A stretch of 64,000 nt of DNA, from contig MQRK01233895.1 of the NCBI GenBank assembly GCA_001938485.1, forward strand, positions 1 to 64,000, read 5' to 3'. Both the position numbers and the translations under genes were made by a program. Of this stretch, positions 52,776 to 64,000 are shown piece after piece. Each line of letters begins with the position of its first letter. The first letter of the stretch is position 1. This DNA comes from Girardia tigrina (Eukaryota). The notes under the pieces are model-generated. The model did no database searches and was not told where the DNA came from. It saw only the letters and a program-made list of their open reading frames with translations.

Positions 52776-54455
52776 GCTAAAAATAATAAGATTAAAGTGT
52801 TTAATGAATTAGTTATAATGCAATGATACGAAAGCTTTGACAAAGATTGTCTTGTGGACAATCAAATTTGTAATAATAAAAATATTAAGTCACATTGGTG
52901 TTCTTAATAGGATTAATTAACTTTTTAATAATTTTTTTAGTTTATATAAAGTTGCATAAAAACAACTTTAATGATTACAAAATTGATTACAACGATTACG
53001 AATGTGATCGAAAAACCATTTAGTTATTATTCTGTTTATTAACTCTATGTATTTGTGAAAGTAATCTAAGATTCAATGTATCTAAATTGAGAACCTGAAA
53101 CTACTTTCACTTTATTAAATGATAAAAATAAATAAAAATGATATGACTAATTTGTAACTGAATAATGTTTAATTAAATAATTCAACTAGTAACAATCGTA
53201 ACAGGATAAAATAAAATAACCGTTTGTGAAAAATTTGATCTAGTCTTTTAAAACACATTGGGATAAGCCAATAGCAATAATCAATAATATATGCACAGTA
53301 ACAAATTGGTTCGTGGAAAATAGACAGATGATTTCGTTGTATTTGTATCGACACTGGAAATATTCAATGTAATACGGTTGAGATTTTGTAATTGTTTGGT
53401 TGAAATTGGAATCATGGGTTTGGAATCAAATAATCATCGGACTGAACTGACACGATCATTAAAATTAACCATTCATTGTCTAACCAGATGACATAATCAT
53501 CAAATGATAAAAATAATAAATTGCAGCAGACACGACAAATTAATTTCTGTTTTTAAAATTTCTTTTATTTAATTTTATGAATCAATTTTTTATTCATTGT
53601 CGTTTTTATTATGATTTTAAAATTCGTATTATTGCTAATAGCAATTAAGAATTTTAATTATCCTCTAAAAATGATAACTTTCTTATATCAAAAAAATCAG
53701 ACAGATAAATAAAAAAACCATAATAATAGCACATAAAAGAAAATATAAAAAAATATAATAGTTCTTTGATAAAAAAAAATAAAATTACACACTCCAATAT
53801 GCACAAATAAAAATGTACATTTATAGTATTATTATATGCAATAAATTGTTTATTTTTTATTGTTTTTATTGTTTTATTGCGAAATCACAAATCAATACAG
53901 TGATTCGGCACGACCAGTTTGTTTCTCTGTGGTACTAATTGACAACATATATTCAGTCATGCAGTGTTTGAACATGTTATTATAATGACGTTTTAATTGA
54001 TGAAATAAATAAATCTTTAGTTATATAGGTTTAAGAAGTTTATACAAAGTACTATATTTAGAAGTTACTTTAATTGATGTTTCAAATAATCTTAAAAGGA
54101 GCTGAGTAATTTCGCCTTCCAGATAAATCTTGATTTTAAATTGTCTTTTGTTTCATTTCTCTCTTCAAACCACTTTTTTTAATCTTTTAATAATTCTATT
54201 AGTTATTTGTTTTCTGTCTGATAAAATTTTTTGAATAAGTAAATTGTATATAATATAATAAATACATAAAAATATAATTAAATCCTTCAATAAATATGAA
54301 AAATATAATGTATATTCAATTGACGAAATAGTATTTCTTTTATAGTTGTATATATATTTCGGTATAGTTTTTGGTATTCGTATTAAATATTCTATTTTTT
54401 TATATAAAAATCTTACATTTAAAACAATGTTTAACCTATCTCAATGTAACTCTAG

Positions 54456-54770
54456 TACATCGTGGTGAAACCTAATCAAGCGGAAGTTTTAAAAGGAATG
54501 TTTATTCCGTATTGCGAAAATTGTGGGAGTAAAGAACTTGTACAAGCAGTTGGTATAATCGGAGCTGTCATTATGCCACACAATATGTATTTGCATTCCG
54601 CTCTTGTTAAATCAAGAAATATCAATCGAAACCGACGAGACAAAATTCGTGAAGCAAACTTTTACTTCCTCATCGAATCAGCTTTGGCTTTGTTCGTGTC
54701 GTTTTTAATTAACGTTTTTGTGGTATCAGTATTTGCGGAAGGTTTTTATGGAAAGAATACGACAACCATT
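54456..54770 (+). CDS. Nramp: NRAMP exon (TM6 MPH motif, TM7)
   Basis: tctag| YIVVKPNQ...[24 protein letters not shown]...FYGKNTTTI |gtaagt; metal-binding Met/His residues intact. Confidence 0.97.
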
Positions 54771-55039
54771 GTAAGTTTATTCATCATCATTGAAATATTA
54801 ACATAGGACTAATTCATTAAACTATCTAGATATGATTATAAATTCGAGTTTTTTAAAGTACTACATTTTACTAGAAAAGGTACAACCTGTAACGTATTTT
54901 GACTTATTACTTTCATTTATAAAATGTATTTATTTTTAAAAATTGAAACAAATCTAATGCAATTTACCAAAAATTAATTTTTGAGTAAGATTGTAAGATA
55001 AATTCATCTGGTAGAGTTACAGCCCAGGGGAATTTTTAG

Positions 55040-55990
55040 ATTTGTTCAAGGTTAAATACAATATTTTTCTTTAATACACAGCTCAAATCATCTTCTATAT
55101 CAAGATTGTTCCTAGATTTTGATTTTATAAAAATTAGAGAAGAAACGCCTTTTTCAAACAATGTCGTTTAAAAGACCATATGATACATGATTTTTTTCTA
55201 ATAAATAGAATACTCGAATGATAGCTTTATCCAAAAGTGACTGAGGGATAGATATTTGGAATCAGTCTTTGCACAGTCACTGTTTAATAACTCGTTGAAA
55301 TCCTCTTAGCAATTTTTAAGAACACGAGAGATTGAGATATTTGTTCTGTTTCAGGAGATTAATGGTACAATTAATCTTTGAACGTCTGGAGATGCTCTGT
55401 CAGTAGGATTTGAAATTTACTACCTAATTCGATGTCATTTATTCCGTATATGAAACATCATTAAATCTCTGTAGTCACAGATCCAGCTTCCTTCGAAATA
55501 AATTAAGTTTTTCAATATAATCTACAATAATTGCATTTGCTCCTTGCTGTGATAAGTTCAATGAATTTAATATGAATTTAAGGTGTCTCCGAAATAAACG
55601 CTTCTGGAAATTTGCGTTTTGTTTCTGAACTTTCTACAAGATTTGTTTTCCCACATTTATCAAAATATTTTACTTCACTTTTAAACTCAAAGATCCGCTG
55701 CAGGTAATATATTTTAATGTGTAAAACTAGGTTCTCATATTTTACATACATTTCTTGGCAAATTTGAAAACAAACAACTGCTGATAGCATTTTCAAATTA
55801 AGTTGACTCCCTTCAGAACTGATTGAAGGAAGTCTTTAAAACATAACATCAGTGTCATCACTGCTAGTTTTACAACTATTTATGGAGATTCCCTTTTCAT
55901 CAGGTGTTGAAATACGGATCAAGAACTTAACATAGCAGGTACATCATACTTGCGAACATCACAGGCATTCTTACATTAAAAAACGATGGA
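55040..55990 (-). pseudogene. Highly degenerate hAT (Buster/FAM200-like) transposase
   Basis: Remnants YENLVLH..RIFEFK, LNLSQQG, LNLFRRKLDL, FWIKL, FEKGVSSL..KSKSRNNLDIEDDL. Confidence 0.6.
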
Positions 55991-56235
55991 CTTTCGCCAA
56001 ACACATCTTGATAAAATAAATACATTTGAAGAGTTTTTTTTAAGTTTTGGAATATTAGCGTAATATTTTAAACAGCATGGTTTCGGAAAATAACGTTTTT
56101 GAACGATTTCTTTAAGGTGTTATTTATATAAAATATATATAAATATGAGAAATTTATATATTATTATATTAAATATTTCTATTTTAACTTAATTTTTTCT
56201 TATATGAAACATTTTTGATTTTTTTATACTTTCAG

Positions 56236-56283
56236 CTGGATGAATGTGAAATTAATAAAGTACCTCATTGGCAAATTTTCAAT
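56236..56283 (+). CDS. Nramp: NRAMP 48-nt micro-exon (TM7-TM8 loop)
   Basis: ttttatactttcag| LDECEINKVPHWQIFN |gtaagt; strong splice sites; conserved loop Cys and PH..F. Confidence 0.8.
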
Positions 56284-56539
56284 GTAAGTTATTAATTAGC
56301 TTATTTCGTCACATAGTTATAAAAGTACTAAATAATTATATAGTTCTATAATGATCCAATCACATATTTTTTAAATGATCGCGTGAAATATACAGTTTAA
56401 GTTAATTTCATCTTGAAATTTGAAACAGTAAATTTTACCGAAAAACGTCGATGATTCCTATATGTATGAATCTGATTTATGTATAACTTGTTTTCATCAC
56501 TTTTTGATTTTCTTTCACTGTTTTCACTATAAATTTAGA

Positions 56540-56855
56540 AGCAGCCTAAGTTTTTGAAAGTATTTATGTGGATATTTGCGGTCTGTGGAAAGAGATTTCT
56601 GGAAAAAGGGAATATATTTTGTACGTTATTGATCAGTCCAGTAAATATATTTCCGTTAACCGCAACATCGAAATAAGATGACGGGTCTATAATAAAATGA
56701 ATTATACAAAATTGTATACTAGAATTTTGCTCTCCAAAGACAATGAATGTTTTTTGAGTCAAAAAAGATGACAGAAATTTGAAATTCGATTCTCTAGTCC
56801 ATATCATCATAACACAAACGGACAAATTAAAAGACAATTTCGTCCAGTAAGAGAA
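56540..56855 (+). pseudogene. Gypsy integrase core fragment
   Basis: IYVDICG..EYILYVIDQSSKY; SSPYHHNTNGQIKRQFR. Confidence 0.7.
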
Positions 56856-57890
56856 CACAACACCGCATGGAAGAAACTCATCACTCAGATCGATGAATCA
56901 GTCTGATCCACGTTCGACAATTGTCCAAATCAATTAAAATTATACCATCGTAAAAGTTTTCAAAGAACTCAATCGAATTTATTCATTTTCTCAAACGAAA
57001 TCATTTAAAGTTGAAAATACCTTCGCAAAATAGGTATCCTTAATAATTTGACAACCTACTGTAAGTAACTCAATTTTTCTTATACTAAATCTCTGGTGGC
57101 TGAAATAGCTAAAGGACCAATTCCCAACAGTTTTTAATATTTGAATTCAGTTAGCTTAAATGAATTGTTTCTATTTTTTTCAAAAACATGTGCCCCCACA
57201 AATGGTGTCTCGAAATCTCTGGATTTCTTTATTTTTCAAATTTATTGAGTTATATTATTAAGTATTAATTTGTAAAGAAATTCATTATCTATTCACATAT
57301 TTTTAAAACGAACTTTATAATTTATTTTATTTGGTTCGTGCTCTATGTCTCCATAACAAATATTTCAAATAAAATAATAAGGTTTTCAGAGTATAAAATC
57401 GTTTAAAATGTTCAGACAAGGGAATATTTAAAGTATTACGAAAAAAGATGTGATGAATATTTGTATTAGTAAAACAGTATTAATATTAGAGCTGATATCT
57501 GTTATAAAAATCAAAATAAAATAATAAATAAAACTAAACAATCTATGGTTAAATATTTGACATTCAAGGGTAAGGAGTTATAAAATATATCTGAAACATG
57601 TCCTGAGATGGTCATCAACCAGGCTTTCATATGACATTATTTATGCGTATCTCTGTCTCGTAATGAACAATATTGATAGATACAATCTTTATACTTAGTT
57701 AAGTTCGCTGATTCGAGAGATTTACGTTAATCTTAGATTTCAAGTTTAATTTATACCAAATTATTTATTAAAATTATAAAAAATCGTAAAAAATATTTTT
57801 ATTTTTCTTGAAATTTATATTTTAATCAGAGAATATATAGACGGTTTGCACATTCATGAATCATTCGAACACGTAATATTATTATACTTG

Positions 57891-58180
57891 TGTGAGGAAT
57901 GTTTTGAATTGTGTGTTGATATTGTGCATGTTTTATGTTGATTCGGATTGTGTCTCTCCTACCCAGATGGATGATTGGTATTTTCTTTGATTCCTACTAA
58001 TTAAAAATAATTTAATTTAATTTTAAAGTAAAAAGATTTAAAATAATTTTTGAATGTATTATTTATTTTTTAATGTAATTTAAAATTTTAATATATTAAT
58101 TTAATGTTTTTTTAAAAAAATGTTTAGATTTAATTTTAACCAATTAGATTCTTTGTAATTAATAATTTTTTATTAACAGA
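57891..58180 (+). repeat. LTR-like repeat family copy (NRAMP intron 6)
   Basis: TGTGAGGAATGTT start; core GTCTCTCCTACCCAGATGG. Confidence 0.75.
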
Positions 58181-58858
58181 TTTTCATTTATTGAAAATAA
58201 TTAGTATGAACTCAGAAATATATCGATCAAGAAAAAAGTCAAATAGTGAATGCGCTTGTGATATTAATAAATGTTGTAAAACTCATATCGATGTTGTTAA
58301 TAACTTGCATAATTACAAACCCGTAATTGTTATGAATGTTCTTATGAACTCCTCCCCAAAACTCCTTTTCTTTACATTATCTGCATGAAATGACTTTTTA
58401 TCTTTTACTCTTTTTAAAATGAAATATTTTTTGTGATCTTTCATTCAATATCATCTAATAAAATATTAAAAAAATACTTTGAGCAATTGACAATTTGAAT
58501 GCGAATATTTACTGATGAATATTTGAGTTAACCTGTCGTTTGCCAAATTCACTATATCCACGCCACTGTGCGTGCAGAACTCTCAAAATACGGATTTTGT
58601 GTTGGTAACAACGCAGGTATGTAATTCCCTTTGGAATGAGTCTTAGTACAACAGTTACAAACGAGACTAATGGTGATATCTATTGAAGTCATCATCTCTA
58701 ATCTCTGATTATTTATTCACATGTTACTAAGAGATGTTTCCATATATTGTATTCCACATCTTCCTTATTGATTCGCGATACCTCTTCACTCTGTTAGTGC
58801 GCTTACTTGACCGCGATAAATCTTCATTTAAAATATTTTTGGTTAAGTTTTAAAATAA

Positions 58859-59096
58859 CAGGGTGCCCCGTAGAAAACCAAAGTGTATTTAATTAAACAT
58901 CGAAATGGAAGTAATTCTCAAGGCCACAACTTAATGAATTCCACGTCTTCGAAAGTGTTGCAACAATGACGGAGAACATTTCGAACACCTCCGAACAGCA
59001 GCTTTATTTATGATTTTTTTTGTTTGCATTTATCACGTGTTTAATTACATACACTTTGGTTTTATAAAATCCTTCGGTTTTCTACTGGGCACCCTG
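58859..59096 (+). mobile_element. mariner-derived MITE
   Basis: TIR CAGGGTGCCCCGTAGAAAACC / GGTTTTCTACTGGGCACCCTG|TA; retains a transposase C-terminus (RLRKCCNNDGEHFEHL). Confidence 0.8.
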
Positions 59097-59539
59097 TAGT
59101 TTACTCATATGTATGAATAATTATATAATATTTCTAATATTTTGATATATACAATTTTGATAATTACAAGTTCTCATTTTTTTGAAATTGAACTTTTGGT
59201 GATGAAATAAAACAGTCTTAGAATTATGTCTTGTTTAAGATTTAGGTTAAAAAATAACGATTAAAAACAACAAAAATTAAAAAAAAATGACTGTAAAATT
59301 CGAGTTTTTAAGGAAATTAGAAATAACTAAAATTATTTATAAATGATGGAATAATTTAATTTATTCAAAATATGAAATAACTTTAAAAGTGACCAAAAAG
59401 TATATAATTTCAATAATTTTGTTCCAAACAAATCTATATAATACTGGTGCCTCGATATATATGTTTTTGCATTTTGAATTTTTATGTAAACGTAAAAAAT
59501 CATTTTACTTTTATTTATTCGGTGAAATATTCGTTTGGT

Positions 59540-60621
59540 GAATCCGGTGTTTTTAGTATTGTCCCTTGCGCCATAAACTGACTAGTAGGAACTATTTTCC
59601 GTGCTGAGATCAACCCTTGTACTAATGTACTCTACAGGCCAAGCCCTAGACTTGAGTAATGTCACCAACAACTCTCTCATCGCCAGCGGATAGAGTCATC
59701 GAAGTCATTTTTGCCATGCTTCACGGGACCGGGGGCATCACGGACCCCCAGATTGCTCAGTGAATGACGTTACATACGATGCATTCCACGCCAGGTCTGC
59801 AAAGTTTGCAATCAGTCCAGCTATCTCATCCTCCCAAAACAAAACATTTCAATAGGGAGAATAAGATTACCGACACTTCGAGCTTACCTCCTTACTCTTT
59901 AGCAGTGCTCAGTTAAAATACCGGTAGCAACTAGCGCTAATTGCTTAGCACCAAAAAAACATTTCAAATGTTACTACCTACTGCCATGAAGTAATTCAGA
60001 CCGTTAGAGGGTACAGACCGCATAACGTCCCTAGTTTAGTTCATGAACTACCACACTGCTCCAATAGATCAGACCTGTATAGATCTCAACCATTAAAAGA
60101 AATCGCTAATATGGGCAAAAACACATTTCAATATACTCACATTTGGCTGATTGAAAAAAAAATCAATCCATTGTTACAATGCGACAGTCCACTATCCGGG
60201 GACACTTCGTGGATGTATTAGTTTATTCTGGCTTGTGCGTGTATACCCTTGACAAACTAGAAACCCTCCCAATCGGCACAGGAGGGTAAAAAATCGTTTC
60301 TAGCCGTCTGAACACGACCCGAATCATGTACAACAAACAAAACATTTCAAAGGTTGTACTTCCTCAGGAAGAGTATATCAGTGAAGCTCACATGTCGTGC
60401 TCTGGAACGTGAAATTAAATTTCTATCCCATTGCTGACTACCGAGTTAAATTAGAGCAGTACAGTGTTCGTGTGTCCTTCGATCGATCGGGCCGAGTAAG
60501 TAAGTCGTCTTACGCATACGTCTTTCGGGTACTTTAGCCTAGAGACAGGAGTCGAACCCGCTCTATTTTCTCAGGGATACTACGTAGAAGTAAACCCACC
60601 TGGCCGCACAGGCGATCCCCG
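59540..60621 (-). mobile_element. ~1.08-kb tRNA-headed SINE-like element, highly structured
   Basis: 11-bp TSD ATTCGTTTGGT (59529-59539, 60622-60632); A-box-like CGGCCAGGTGG and B-box GGTTCGACTCC on the - strand; no ORF; higher GC than the flanks. Confidence 0.8.
60537..60613 (-). promoter_or_regulatory. tRNA-like head / internal Pol III promoter
   Basis: Acceptor-like GCCTG/TAGGC; T-arm GCGGG-TTCGACT-CCTGT; A box 60606-60596, B box 60558-60548; anticodon arm degenerate. Confidence 0.75.
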
Positions 60622-61358
60622 ATTCGTTTGGTACAAGTTCAAGCACCTTGAACGGATTAAAGACGTCTCTCGAGGTACTACTTTATAAGGAATTTTAACG
60701 GCACTTACTTTGTCTTAATATTCTACATAATCTAAATTATTAATTATATTAGATCAATGTTTCTTTAACTGCCGCCCACCAAAAGATACAGAATGTTTGG
60801 TTATTTCATTCTCACCTAAATGATAAACGTCACTTTTTTGATAGTTTATTTACGTAGAGAAGTAAACATAGGGAGGGCGTAGATCATCAGTTACCGTTTA
60901 ACAGTAATTAATAATTAGTTATAGATTGTTATTGTGGGAAACGTCGCTTAAACTTAGTAAGTCCATCTTAAATTGTTAAGATTTTAAATCACAATGGTAC
61001 AGTGATATACTTTTGCCTTCAGTAAATAATAATTAATAATAAAAATTATATAAATAACTCTATTTATCTATGTATCTATTTAACTACGTAGATAGTTTCA
61101 TATCGAGCGGATATCTTAACAGACATCACTGTCGAACATTATATCTATTAGTTCGTCTTATTTAAAAATTTTGAATTTAATTTTTGACACTATAAAATTA
61201 ATGAAAAGTAAATTGAAAATTAAATTTTTCACAATGATATAAATCAAAATATGAACTTTTTTCTCTTTGTTATTTTTTTAAATTTTCCTGATTATCGCAT
61301 GCATTCCAAAATCTGTTTTCAATATTCTAATCATGTAATAACTACATTAACCTATGTA

Positions 61359-62586
61359 CAGCTGTTGCAAAAAGTTTAGCATATTCATAAAAATCACTGA
61401 TTTGCGGAATTCTGTCCTCTATATAAGTATACTAACAGCACACTTAATGTTTTGCATAATTTCACCGTATTTCAGTCAATTATTTTAATGTTCTTTTTAG
61501 ATTTTTGAGAATTGAAGGTCAGACATATCGTATTCATTTCAAGAATGCCGCGAAAACAAGAGGTTACCAACGAAATCAGAGCCATAATTGTTACTTACAA
61601 ATACTGCGGCTGAAAGTGGATGTTTCTCGTCGTGTGCGAATTAACCAGTCGATTGTATCACGTACCTTGAAGAAATACCGAGAACGTGGTGATTTTTCAT
61701 CAGCTTTGCAACGTAGAAGGCCCAGTGTGACATTACCACAAACAGAATGGTACGGCGTGTGTCAACGGAATATGAGTCAAGGAAAATGCAGGAGAATTAC
61801 CAAATCCCCCATCTCTTGGTTTTTGGCTTAAAAGGGTGCAGACTTGCGAAAAAACCTTTTCTCTCTCACAAGAATATAAAGGACCAAAACACCCTTTATA
61901 AGAAGTATGGCTCTTGGACGCCAGAAATGTAGAGTCGTGTGTTATTTTCGATGGAAGTCAATTTTTAATAATTCAATAGTTACATTCAATATGTTCGTCG
62001 TCCAAAAAATACATGCCATAAGCTCAAGTACACATTAGTAACTGTGTGACATTCACTTTTCCTCATGATCTAAGGTTTTTTTCTGTTGAAGTGAGGCAGG
62101 ATATTTGTATTTCTTACCCATGAACACAACGATGAAGGCTCCAAATTTCCTCAATGACGTTTTTGATTTTTGACGTTTTTGCAATCATTTCCAGCACGAT
62201 GTCGCGCCTAGTCATAAGGCCAAATTTGTATCAAACTGGTTGACTGCTGAAGGTATCGAGGTGTTGTCGTGGCAAGGACAAAGCCCAAAACTAAATTCCA
62301 TTGAGAATATTTAGATGAAAATGATACACAGACTTTCAATGGAGAAGCCTTCTAACAAGTTTGACCAGTCGAACTGCCTTTTGTAATGTTCTGTCTGACA
62401 GCATACCTCGTCGTATTCAAGAGGTCTTGAAAAATAAAGGATACAATTCTATATAATGAATTCTGCTTGTTTTCTGTCCATTAATAAGTTGTACTTCAAT
62501 AAATTTTTCTGTGTATGTTTTGTATCTTGAGAATTTTGATATTTTTCTAAATTTCGCTAAATATGCTAAACCTTTTGCAGCTGTTG
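61359..62586 (+). mobile_element. Degenerate Tc1-like (DD34E) transposon
   Basis: TA|CAGCTGTTGCAAAAAGTTTAGCATATT and a matching right TIR; motifs AKKPFLS, FQHDVAPSHKAK, WQGQSPKLNSIENI. Confidence 0.88.
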
Positions 62587-63554
62587 ATATAATCTTGTTT
62601 TCATTAATGTTGTTAATGTTTCTATCCTTTTTCTATTATATTTGATGTTTAGTTTTATTTTGCATGTGTTAGGTTCGGGCATGTTTCAAGTACCCATATT
62701 AGATACAAACTGAAAATTAGACATATTTTCAAAATTATATTTCATTACGAATTTCTGTTTATTTAAACAAATTTCCGAGAAACATTATTTTCTATTAACA
62801 AAACTTTATAAATAAATATAGTGTTATAAATAATAAAATATAGTTATAAATAAATATGAATACTTAAAAATTTCAATTTAAATTTGACCTCCTCAATTGT
62901 CAAATTTATAATTTCTCAATTTTAAGGATTTAAATTTTTTTAATTTTACAAATTTAGTTTCACAATTTTTAAAATTTACAATTTTAAATATTCAAAATTT
63001 TTTGTGAGCACAAAATCCTAAAATGTGTTAATTAAATATTTAAAATAATGGACATAAGTCGAATAAAAAGATTTTTAAATACGAATGAATCTTGTTAGTA
63101 ATTAAATAAATTTACTGTTAAAATTTTTAGTTTAAAAAAGAAACTATAAATTGAAATAAAGGTAAAACGTTTTTATTAATTTTTAAAATTAAATAAATTA
63201 AATCAAAGTAATAGTCTCACAACTTTAAAACAATTCGAAAAAGAACGCATTAAAGATGAAAAAAATTACGTTAGTTCTAAAATTGCAATCAATGACACTA
63301 ACCTTTTCTATACAAAAACTACTAATTTATATATAATACTTTCTTTACCATATCAAATATTTGTATATTAGCAAATAAGATTATTATGTTGAAATTATAG
63401 TTCATGTTCTATTGAATATTTTTAGTCACTGCAATCTGTGTGACTTGTGCTACATCATTTGCATTTAATATAAGAATGAGTCGGTTGAAAAATTTTTTAT
63501 TAAAATAATTGTAAAATTGGAAATGTCATTTATTAATTAATTTTAATTGTTTAG

Positions 63555-63593
63555 ACAACAGATGCCCTCGATGATATAGATATCTACAAAGGG
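63555..63593 (+). CDS. Nramp: NRAMP 39-nt micro-exon (DIYKG); gene continues beyond the window
   Basis: tttag| TTDALDDIDIYKG |gtacgt; matches the NRAMP 'VDIYKG/GVVLGC' motif. Confidence 0.85.
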
Positions 63594-64000
63594 GTACGTT
63601 TTTCAATATTTGTAATTAGTATACAATTATTTAATGTGTTTTTATTGTATTTTCTGTATTCTCTGCCAATGTAATTGATTTTTATTTTTTAAATAATCAA
63701 GAAAATAGTTTCGTCGTAAGGATATTAGAAAATGATGTCACGATATCTTCAGATTACGTAAAATGTATCAAGTGAGTACCAACCATTAAATACGGTATTG
63801 ATGTCCTTTAGATCTCCTATTTGGTTATTTTGTTGAGGTATATTTTAAAATATATTTTAAGTATTTAAAATTGTATGTAATTTTTATTTTAAAATAAAAT
63901 CTGGAAAATAGTTATAAATCATAAATTGAAAATATTTATAAAAAATCTAAACTAATATCTTGTTATATAGATAAGAGGAATGCAAAGTAGATAAGAAATA

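Larger units (their letters stand above)
59442..60683. mobile_element. pogo/Tigger-like MITE split by the SINE-like insertion
   Basis: Degenerate TIRs TGGTGCCTCGA / TCGAGGTACTA with TA-rich flanks. Confidence 0.5.

Noticed and set aside
53430-53480. FNDRVSSVR beta/gamma-crystallin-like peptide on the - strand
   Set aside because: Flanked by stops, with no second motif or exon structure; may be chance.
59615-59662. Twister-ribozyme-like motif (TAA...GGCCAAGCCC...GAG)
   Set aside because: P2 and the pseudoknot pairings could not be built, and it lies on the strand opposite the Pol III head.
59823-60359. CRISPR-like repeat-spacer array
   Set aside because: The repeat is only ~9-15 nt, spacing is irregular (115-219 nt), the context is eukaryotic and there are no cas genes.
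59540-60621. Telomerase RNA or a functional tRNA gene
   Set aside because: No TTAGGG-type template on either strand; the tRNA-like head lacks a proper anticodon arm.

Overview
AT-rich eukaryotic scaffold with several N gaps. A triclad flatworm (planarian) origin is inferred from composition, a 46-nt intron and the repeat repertoire, but is not proven. The only clear host gene is a + strand NRAMP/DMT1 (SLC11) metal transporter: 7 exons seen between 47152 and 63593, continuing past the window end. The rest is densely nested transposon debris: Gypsy LTR elements and solo LTRs, a FLYWCH-MULE, several hAT elements with 8-bp TSDs, Tc1/mariner elements and MITEs, piggyBac remnants, RLE-type and RTE-type non-LTR fragments, and a Penelope-like element whose inverted pseudo-LTRs each carry a minimal hammerhead ribozyme. 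The most unusual object is a ~1.08-kb tRNA-headed, SINE-like insertion (59540-60621, - strand, 11-bp TSD) in an NRAMP intron. It is rich in hairpins and presents the same UUGAAAUGU+U-rich loop on four stems of unrelated sequence. Also notable are unrecognised ORFs lying ~300 bp downstream of LTR-like starts (11166-12423, 15509-15880).
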